A stretch of DNA of 33,238 nt from Candidatus Bathyarchaeum sp. (GTDB lineage: Archaea; Thermoproteota; Bathyarchaeia; Bathyarchaeales; Bathyarchaeaceae), in NCBI GenBank assembly GCA_026014495.1, contig JAOZIF010000021.1:1-33238 (forward strand). Reading direction: 5' to 3'. The position numbers and the translations under genes are program-made. A model generated the notes under the pieces. The model saw nothing but the letters and a program-made list of their open reading frames with translations. It had not been told where the DNA came from and did no database searches. The first letter of the stretch is position 1. The number at the start of each line of letters is the position of its first letter. Below are positions 27,001-33,238 of this stretch, piece by piece.

Positions 27001-27377
27001 TCTTGCAGATATACGTCACATTTGGTCTTGTAATCGGAGCAGTGGGCATGGCAGTAATCTCGGTCCGTAATGTTTCGGAAAGAAAACGGGAAATCGGCAT
27101 GATGAGGGCAATCGGATTTCCAAAAACCCAAGTAATGATTTCAGTACTGCTTGAATTGGTGGTACTAGGCGTAATCGGGTTGGTTATTGGAATTGTCAAT
27201 GGCGTAGTAATCAGTGCTGGATTTGCGAACATGCAAAATGCTACAATGATAATTCCTTGGAGCGATCTTGGAGTGTATTTGGGCTTTATCACGTTGATTG
27301 CCTTAAGTGCAGGAGCCATCCCTGGATGGTTTGCATCAAGAATTCCCCCAGCAGAAGCTTTGAGGTATGTAGGATAG
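24024..27377 (+). CDS. MacB/FtsX/LolE-type ABC transporter permease (two FtsX domains, large extracellular domains)
   Basis: SLWRRKTKNLSAILAVTLG; VEDREFQTGVLRAVG; VSERKREIGMMRAIG; IPPAEALRY. Confidence 0.92.
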   Translation: MGLKSSFMVAKRSLWRRKTKNLSAILAVTLGVTLLVGIQITTNTLENAFLTSLLQNEGEVDFSVVNATTGGYLTAADIANISALVPNAVGIMPELTIDVPIMLGSQFDSSVELAGISTDFPEEFGTFYDWKTGDEIDIGDYLTDNTTILLSSKLAENLGLDKDVALPISVTTEFTNLTVSITVDPTTGNYTATPTYNTERVELTVVAIFDSSRPGIGSKYKMIMALEYVQQWRSLQDTTRETNCISSYLIALKTDHFTTEIDEDYLQEQVDLFEESIPEDTYSVESNRLTFFSVAEIVMTLLSTMLTALGLLVMVTGILLITNVQLMSVEDREFQTGVLRAVGENRRGIVQSILIENVFQGILGGMFGLIGGLAFGQAVALYLVELFGTGQHSVQPVVSQEIVILAVIVGVALGIITGILPALRASRVNIVDALRGIKSSFEEKSGRNLALLGILAVITGVIVLLYNGVLNEAYQPIWVSEGWNTLDEWRTILTGAGLLFSGAGIVLSRFISRTKALNITAIALWAAPVFLFAVAMGEWITDITGLATDILIIGVTEILVGSILIVAVNLPPVMNALRNLLVKMKGLKGVGQIAPALISSHKSRSTLTYAIFAVIMTLNVTVAILVPTNLSSVNQTGEDSRGVDLIVSLNKAEAQIANTSYVEELYKLDSHITDVIAFKTYSTTTDYTKFVAVNDPYSSEFNAQTDLLPIGYGEITSDQIRGNATDTYDSDWRYDFYLSSFPDSITQPLESDVSDEELLDMSKQAWDLFFNSSYTMAAYNVSLDALLSEDRDLSDVDLSGLEGYGGNELEGVEVLQDENGNVIENPVVFTDSFILPIGLQIWIPMNMSEYGVPVYQAFTVAGRLDSNRAGGFPLSSFSVGNILSEGDFDFVDFLGKIYLTEYWANQTNFLAEANGKTSTSRASNQYDCFLIKTTYDIEDQELESIAQTIEEFTNTNDDGYRLLASDNFYVASTTLLYSTVESTLEMTERVVSFLQIYVTFGLVIGAVGMAVISVRNVSERKREIGMMRAIGFPKTQVMISVLLELVVLGVIGLVIGIVNGVVISAGFANMQNATMIIPWSDLGVYLGFITLIALSAGAIPGWFASRIPPAEALRYVG

Positions 27378-27388
27378 GAGGAAAAACA

Positions 27389-28147
27389 ATGGCAACAAAA
27401 AGTATACAAAAAAAGCATTCAGTCACACAAAATGAAGAACCAATTTTGGTTATATCTGGCTTGCATAAGCGCTACTCTGAAGGAAAATCAAATGAAGTCC
27501 ACGCTATCCGAGGATTAGACCTCACTGTCAGAAAAGGAGACATGATGGCGATTATGGGTCCTTCGGGATGTGGAAAAACAACTCTACTAAACATGATAGG
27601 GCATCTGGACCGCCGTTCAGAGGGAAACATTGTTATCGACAGTATAGACACTGCTACGCTTTCAGATGGAAAAATGACTGGTTTCAGAAGGGACAAAATT
27701 GGCTTTATTTTCCAGTTATTCAATCTGTTTCCTTTCTTGTCCGCCGTGGAGAATGTGGAAACTCCGCTGTTACTCAAAGGAATGAAAGCGGGTGTGGCTA
27801 GAGAACAAGCAAAAATGGTTCTAAGAGAATTAGGTATGGGTGATAGGCTGTATCATCTGCCTTCTGAGCTTTCAGGGGGTCAACAACAAAGAGTTGCTGT
27901 TGCGCGTGCACTCATCACAGAGCCTGCAATTATTCTTGGCGATGAACCTACGGGTGATTTGGATTCTACAACAAGCGCTGACGTCATGAACCTGTTTCGT
28001 AGAATCAATAAACTTAACCGCCAAACGCTTGTGCTAGTCACTCACAACCGATGGATTGCAGAACAATGTGATTATATTGTCCACATGACAGACGGAAAAA
28101 TTTCCCGAGTTGAACAGGGACCATTCACAAAGGAGGAAACACAATGA
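27389..28147 (+). CDS. ABC transporter ATP-binding protein (LolD/MacB-type)
   Basis: GPSGCGKTT, LSGGQQQR, ILGDEPTGDLD, VTH. ATG 27389 follows GGAGG. Confidence 0.95.
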   Translation: MATKSIQKKHSVTQNEEPILVISGLHKRYSEGKSNEVHAIRGLDLTVRKGDMMAIMGPSGCGKTTLLNMIGHLDRRSEGNIVIDSIDTATLSDGKMTGFRRDKIGFIFQLFNLFPFLSAVENVETPLLLKGMKAGVAREQAKMVLRELGMGDRLYHLPSELSGGQQQRVAVARALITEPAIILGDEPTGDLDSTTSADVMNLFRRINKLNRQTLVLVTHNRWIAEQCDYIVHMTDGKISRVEQGPFTKEETQ

Positions 28148-29967
28148 AAGTTTACACAGCAGGATTAATAGACAAATCTTTGCACTCAATTAATGCAAAG
28201 TTACAAAAGAGTCTAGTTTCGGATTGTCAAAAAGTTCTGAGAATATCCAGCAAAGCCATGTCTAGCCAAGAGCTAAATTCGTTCATAGTTTTTTCTGGAG
28301 AAAAAGAAGGCGTTTTTGACCAGAAAGTCATTGATGCAATAGAAACAGGGCGAATTTACAAGCGTTTCAGCAAATACTATGCAGACAACGAGTCTAGATT
28401 ACTACGGCATCTTAAAAACAATCAGGAACTGAGGGAAACCTCAAAGATTGTTAAAGATTTCATCAAAGAAGTTAATCCGAATCTTGTAAAACTTTTTGAT
28501 TCACAACTAAAGAAAATTATTAAGGAGCTGCCAGACAGTTACCGCAAAATCCAGTTGCACAGCTATATAACGGCATGGGATTTTGCAGAGAACAACCAAT
28601 ACCGTTTGTTCCTTTCAGGATTTGAGTCTCCGGTCTTCACAGGGTCAACCACTGACAGGCAGATAAACATAAGAGAATTGGTTGACAAGCTACTTATGGC
28701 AAACTTTTTTGCAATCTTTTTGAAGCCAACAATCACCCGCCTAAAAGAGTTGGATGGTGTACTTGAAAGGCTTGAACAGGGAGTTGCAGGAACACATTAC
28801 CGGACCACAGATTCTAAATTGCAAAAAAAGTTAGAACTGTTCTTCCGGATTTTATCCGCAAAACTTAGTGCCTTACAGGACATAGACAATTTACTCTCCA
28901 GAATTTTTGCGTTATTCCAAGTTGTACACGTTTCTCTCAAACCGTATCAGTTCAAGAATGATTCAATTGAACTCAACAAAGCCCTTGCAGACATGATTTC
29001 AGAGATGGAGAATGGAAAAACACTGCTTGTAGAAGTTCATAACAAACTTCAAGAATGTCAAATTCATCTGCGTGACTATCTGGATGAGCATAAAAATGGA
29101 GTTAAAACAGTAGATTCTGTTAGCGGCTTTAGAAATGCGTTGTTACCTATGGCAGAATTAAGCACTGACCTTTTTGTTGAGGCTGAACTGCTTAAGATGT
29201 GGTTAGACTTTTTTGGTTCAGACCTTCCATATTTTGGATTTAACAAACAACTCTTTGATACACAAAATGTAGAAGTAACTGACGTCACAGAAAACAGCAT
29301 TATCACAGTGCGGGGGTTATCCAAGAATTACACGCTTGGACGAACAACAGTCTATGCACTCCGAGGTGTAAATCTTGACATAAAAGAGGGAGAATTTGTT
29401 GCAATTGTAGGAAATTCTGGTGCTGGAAAAACAACTCTTCTAAACTGCATGGCAGGTCTTGACAGCCCAGACTATGGTGTGGTTCTGTTTCGCGGAGAAA
29501 ACCTCCACAAAATGGACGACTCAGCGAAATCAAAAGCTAGACTTTCCGAGATGGGCTTCATATTCCAAAGTTATGCTCTGTTGCCGCACTTCACTACGCG
29601 CGAAAACATAGCCCTGCCCGCAGATTTAGCTGGACTAAGCAAAGAATTGAAAGCGCGCATAGAAAATCTCCTAAAGGGAGTTGGGCTTTCTAATCAAGCT
29701 AAACAGTATCCTGCCACATTAAGTGGAGGCCAAATGCAGCGTGTAGCTATTGCTAGAGCACTAACCAATCGTCCCGCAGTGATATTTGCTGATGAGCCAA
29801 CAGGAGACTTGGATTCTGCAACTGGAAAACAGGTAATGGATTTACTCAAAAAATTCCATGAAGAAACAAAAACCACGATTATAGTCATCACTCACGAACA
29901 AGACATCGCAGGTTATGCTGAGCGTCAAATAATTATTGAGGATGGTACAATCGCACCAAACCAATAA
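28144..29967 (+). CDS. Fusion protein: ~385-aa unknown helical domain plus LolD/MacB-type ABC ATPase
   Basis: The ABC domain starts at about 29299 (IITVRGLSKNY) with GNSGAGKTT, LSGGQMQR, IFADEPTGDLD, ITH. ATGA overlap with the upstream ATPase. Confidence 0.88.
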   Translation: MKVYTAGLIDKSLHSINAKLQKSLVSDCQKVLRISSKAMSSQELNSFIVFSGEKEGVFDQKVIDAIETGRIYKRFSKYYADNESRLLRHLKNNQELRETSKIVKDFIKEVNPNLVKLFDSQLKKIIKELPDSYRKIQLHSYITAWDFAENNQYRLFLSGFESPVFTGSTTDRQINIRELVDKLLMANFFAIFLKPTITRLKELDGVLERLEQGVAGTHYRTTDSKLQKKLELFFRILSAKLSALQDIDNLLSRIFALFQVVHVSLKPYQFKNDSIELNKALADMISEMENGKTLLVEVHNKLQECQIHLRDYLDEHKNGVKTVDSVSGFRNALLPMAELSTDLFVEAELLKMWLDFFGSDLPYFGFNKQLFDTQNVEVTDVTENSIITVRGLSKNYTLGRTTVYALRGVNLDIKEGEFVAIVGNSGAGKTTLLNCMAGLDSPDYGVVLFRGENLHKMDDSAKSKARLSEMGFIFQSYALLPHFTTRENIALPADLAGLSKELKARIENLLKGVGLSNQAKQYPATLSGGQMQRVAIARALTNRPAVIFADEPTGDLDSATGKQVMDLLKKFHEETKTTIIVITHEQDIAGYAERQIIIEDGTIAPNQ

Positions 29968-29998
29968 AGCAGATAAGTTCTTGTTGATGGCTTACATT

Positions 29999-31039
29999 CT
30001 AGTGCATGTGCTTTAGTTTTATCTTGAAATCTTGGATTGTTGACCGAAAGTCGTTTCTTACAAAACCGCCCTTAACCAGTTCAGAATCTTTTATGCGCCT
30101 TTTTGACTGAAAAATAAGTCGTTTCTTCCATATTTTTGGCAAATTGGTAATTGGATTTGTCACGCCTTTCAGTGTTGCTTTAGCTTCATCATGTTTTTGT
30201 ACAACAAAAAAGCCAGCAGAGACAGCTAGTGTGAAAAAAGTCAAAATCGAAAAGCGCCACCAGACGTTTTTGAGTTCATAGTTCTTGAGTACGGTATACA
30301 ATCTGTTTTTTGAAGAATAATAAAGCATCATTCCGCTTACTCCCCTTAGAACGCCGCTACGATGAATCACCAAAGCGGATGAAACAAACATTACCTTGTA
30401 GCCCAACAACCGGATGCGAAGAGAAAGGTCTGTATCGTCATCATACATGAAATATTCGGGGTCAAAGCCGCCAGCGTGGTCAAAAATTTCTCTTCGAATA
30501 ATACAGCATCCTGAAGATGCTGCCAAAATCTCAAAATTCTCTTTTAGCATTTCTTGTTTTGTGCCATAGTTTGCAGCCCATGTTCCCAAAGCATCAACAG
30601 CAACACAAACACAGTCTAAACAACTTTTGTCTCCTGACAACACAATTTTAGCTTGTGCTAATCCGATAGAAGCATCGTTTTCCATTACGTTAACCATTTC
30701 ACGCAGCCAATTTTTTGAATCAAATTCTATATCGCTGTCCACAAAAACAAGGTATTCTCCTTTAGTCACTTGTGCACCGATGTTGCAGCCCTCAGAGTGC
30801 CCTGTATTTTCATGGATTTCAACAAATTTTATTCGCGAATCTGAGCCAAAGGACTCTTTCATCGTATCAAGACTGCCGTCTGTCGAAGCGTTATCAACAA
30901 CAACCACGTTATAGTTAGGATAATCTGTATCTAAAATAGTGTGCAAACATTGTCTCAAGAGTTCACGTCCGTTAAAGTTTACGATTACAATCGAAACAGA
31001 AGGGCAGCTTTCACTCTTTTTTGGCACAACTATCACCAT
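29999..31039 (-). CDS. GT2-family glycosyltransferase (WbbL/rhamnosyltransferase-like)
   Basis: VSIVIVNFNG, VVVDNASTDGS, DXD motif (VDSD), FDPEYFMYDDDTDLSLR. Confidence 0.92.
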   Translation of the reverse strand: MVIVVPKKSESCPSVSIVIVNFNGRELLRQCLHTILDTDYPNYNVVVVDNASTDGSLDTMKESFGSDSRIKFVEIHENTGHSEGCNIGAQVTKGEYLVFVDSDIEFDSKNWLREMVNVMENDASIGLAQAKIVLSGDKSCLDCVCVAVDALGTWAANYGTKQEMLKENFEILAASSGCCIIRREIFDHAGGFDPEYFMYDDDTDLSLRIRLLGYKVMFVSSALVIHRSGVLRGVSGMMLYYSSKNRLYTVLKNYELKNVWWRFSILTFFTLAVSAGFFVVQKHDEAKATLKGVTNPITNLPKIWKKRLIFQSKRRIKDSELVKGGFVRNDFRSTIQDFKIKLKHMH

Positions 31040-31172
31040 ATGAAACCAAACTTTGGTTTAGTTACAGCATGTTTTCTTGTTTTCAATAAAGTATTGGGCT
31101 AACTTAAAGCCTTTTTTGGCATAAAAAATAAATTGATTTGAGTGAACTCGAAGTACAAAAGAAGCGGTTTTA

Positions 31173-32177
31173 ATGGAAGCATACAAAACATCGCCCTCCG
31201 TTACTGTTGTAGTCCCTGTGCGAAATGGAGAACAAACAATCCAGCCACTACTAGATTCGCTCCAAAAGTTAGACTACGACCGAAACAAGGTGGAGGTTAT
31301 TGTAGTTGACGGAAACTCTACAGATAACACTCGAGAAATAGTCAAAAGATATCCAGTGAAGTTGGTTGTCGAGGAGAAAAAGGGACTAAACCTCGCAAGA
31401 AATATAGGAATTAAATGCAGCAATTATGAAATAGTTGCGTTCACCGATTCAGATTGTATAGTTCCTCCTAACTGGATAACAAAAATTGTTGAAAACTTTA
31501 AAGATCCCAAAGTCAGTTGTGTAGGTGGAAGCGCTAAAGCGCTTGACGGCGACTTTGTTTCACAATATGCTGATAACAGCATAGTAAGACTGATGCCCTT
31601 CTTCAAGGAACGAGAAGAACTTGAAGAAGTGAAACCGTTCTTTCGTCATCCTGCAGGATGCAATATGGCGTTCAGAAGAAAAGTAGCAGAGGAAGTTGGA
31701 TATTTTGATGAAAATATCCAGTATGGCTTTGATGAAGTTGAATTTGCAGACAGAATTTGCAAGGCAGGATACAAGATGGTTCTTGACCCTGAAGTGACTG
31801 TCTGGCATAAGCATCGAGCAACACTTGGAGAATTTATGAAACAGAACTTTCAGTATGGCAAAGGAAGCGGATTAGTTCTTAAACAAAACAAACTAAATGA
31901 CTCCGTTTCTAAATGGGCATTTTTGGGAGCAATAGGTTTCATAAGTTGGCTACTGATAGTTGGGGTGTTAGTGTTTCTAACTTTGACATCATCATCCACA
32001 ATTTTCACATGGTTACTATTCGGGTTCACTGGATTGCCCCTAATTATAGTGGCTTCAGTCTATGCGTATAGAGCTGTACGAAACAAAAAATTCATTCGTG
32101 TTGTAACATACCCATTTATTGACTTCTTTAGAACACTTGCTTTCTGTAGTGGACAACTCTACCAACTGCTCAAATGA
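31173..32177 (+). CDS. GT2-family glycosyltransferase with C-terminal TM helices
   Basis: VVVPVRNGE, VVDGNSTD, FTDSDC, GCNMAFRR, and a hydrophobic C-terminus. Confidence 0.92.
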   Translation: MEAYKTSPSVTVVVPVRNGEQTIQPLLDSLQKLDYDRNKVEVIVVDGNSTDNTREIVKRYPVKLVVEEKKGLNLARNIGIKCSNYEIVAFTDSDCIVPPNWITKIVENFKDPKVSCVGGSAKALDGDFVSQYADNSIVRLMPFFKEREELEEVKPFFRHPAGCNMAFRRKVAEEVGYFDENIQYGFDEVEFADRICKAGYKMVLDPEVTVWHKHRATLGEFMKQNFQYGKGSGLVLKQNKLNDSVSKWAFLGAIGFISWLLIVGVLVFLTLTSSSTIFTWLLFGFTGLPLIIVASVYAYRAVRNKKFIRVVTYPFIDFFRTLAFCSGQLYQLLK

Positions 32178-32323
32178 AACAAAAAAACAAACAGATAACT
32201 CAAACATCTGCAAATAATCTTTAAACAAAAATTGTTCCCAAACCGTAAACATGTCGAGTACCGAAATTTTTCTTAAATTCATTGAATCCCTCTTTAGGCA
32301 AGTCAAGGAGAGGGAAGCCTGCT

Positions 32324-32671
32324 TTGGATTTCGAGTCTGGCGAGGACTATGTTTACAATATGTTCGAAGCTTTAGTGGACGTTGTACATGGAAAAAAACA
32401 AAAAAAACTTGAACTCGCCAAATGTATGAGCTGCGGTCGATATAGTCCCTTCAGACCAAAATCCACAGGCATGCAATTCACAGCAATTTATTGTAATCAT
32501 TGTGGAAGCATCATTTCTTTTGGTGCACGAGGAAAGAACAAAAAAATCAGTGAAGATGCCGAAATATTTTGCGAAAACTGCGAAGACGACTGCAGAAAAT
32601 GTCAAATCAACAAAATAGCCAATGAATACACTCGAGGAAAAAAAGTTAAGTTAAACAAAAAAGTGCGTTAA
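32324..32671 (+). CDS. Cys-rich (Zn-ribbon-like) hypothetical protein
   Basis: CMSC, CNHC and CENCEDDCRKC motifs. TTG 32324 lies 9 nt after GGAGAGGG; the start is uncertain (tracked ORF starts at 32282). Confidence 0.6.
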   Translation: MDFESGEDYVYNMFEALVDVVHGKKQKKLELAKCMSCGRYSPFRPKSTGMQFTAIYCNHCGSIISFGARGKNKKISEDAEIFCENCEDDCRKCQINKIANEYTRGKKVKLNKKVR

Positions 32672-32772
32672 CACTAACGGTAGATTTCAATAAAATAATT
32701 GTTTTAAAGAAAAACCTAATTGTACCTGCAGAAACGTTAACTAAAAAAAGGAAAATAAAAAAAGAAGCGGAT

Positions 32773-33238
32773 TTAGTATCTTCTTCTTTGGTATCCGCCG
32801 CTTCGGCCGCCACCGCTGCCGCCGTAGCCACCGCCGCCGCCTCTACCGTATCCGCCACCGCCGCCTCTGCCGCCATAGCCGCCTCTGTTGAAACGTCTCT
32901 CTTGTTCGTATCGTTTGTCGGAAAGGTTGTTTTCTGTGTTGACTTCTGTGATTGGAGAATCTTCGACTAGCTCGTAGCTGCCATACTTTCCTATGTTAAT
33001 GCGCATGTTGCCTCTGAAGAGGTTAATGTAACCGTTAGTAATTTTCAGTGTTGCTTCTTCATTTATTGCGTCTATTTTGTCGTCCCAAAGGGTCATGTAT
33101 ATACATCCAGTCTCGTCGCCAACTAGAGCGTCTGCAACTCGTCGTACAGAATAATCTCGTCCAGTAACGCTTCTGACTTCACCCTTAGAAACTACTTTCA
33201 CAATTGTGTTGACGCCTCTAGATTGTGGGGTCAACGTT
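32773..33238 (-). CDS. ssb: Single-stranded DNA-binding protein, single OB fold with Gly/Arg/Tyr-rich tail (5'-truncated)
   Basis: VADALVGDETGCIYMTLWDD...LKITNGYINLFRGNMRINIGKYG is the crenarchaeal-type SSB OB fold. The frame is open to the window edge. Confidence 0.9.
   Translation of the reverse strand, partial: TLTPQSRGVNTIVKVVSKGEVRSVTGRDYSVRRVADALVGDETGCIYMTLWDDKIDAINEEATLKITNGYINLFRGNMRINIGKYGSYELVEDSPITEVNTENNLSDKRYEQERRFNRGGYGGRGGGGGYGRGGGGGYGGSGGGRSGGYQRRRY

Noticed and set aside
31077-31089. 13-nt reverse match (TTATTGAAAACAA) to repeat copy 3
   Set aside because: No hairpin is present, the sequence is AT-rich, and it coincides with a plausible TATA region of the GT2 gene.
32560-32605. 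Radical-SAM CxxxCxxC motif within CENCEDDCRKC
   Set aside because: The protein is far too short and the motif is C-terminal with no TIM-barrel domain following.
32790-32885. GC-rich CCG/GCC repeat as a DNA repeat element
   Set aside because: Fully explained by the Gly codons of the SSB tail.

Overview
This is an archaeal chromosomal window, probably from a TACK lineage such as Bathyarchaeia. That assignment is inferred from TATA/GGAGGTGA-type signals, archaeal class III pilin N-termini, a single-OB-fold SSB, and TrmB and PEF-CTERM-like proteins. From left to right it holds: (1) a type IV pilus-like locus at 1-8101, with two tandem major pilin paralogues, five pilin-like or accessory genes, a VirB11/ArlI-type ATPase and a TadC/ArlJ-type platform, but no ArlH or prepilin peptidase in the window; (2) an unexplained module at 8128-15014 with a TrmB regulator, DUF5658-like membrane protein, coiled-coil protein, CbbO/NorD-like vWA plus CbbQ/NorQ-like MoxR AAA+ pair, a hypothetical protein and a SecB-like protein that probably starts at ATT; (3) proBA; (4) a ~1000-aa surface protein (duplicated module, PKD domain, PEF-CTERM-like tail) split by a 1-nt frameshift; (5) a membrane-anchored secreted protein, a 4x[4Fe-4S] protein, and a PadR-controlled MacB/FtsX-type ABC operon whose second ATPase carries a 385-aa unknown domain; (6) two GT2 glycosyltransferases, a Cys-rich protein and an SSB with an RGG tail. 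A 47-49 bp palindromic repeat occurs three times (10693, 15042, 22249), and its hairpin loop is inverted in one copy. No rRNA, tRNA, CRISPR array or transposase was recognised.
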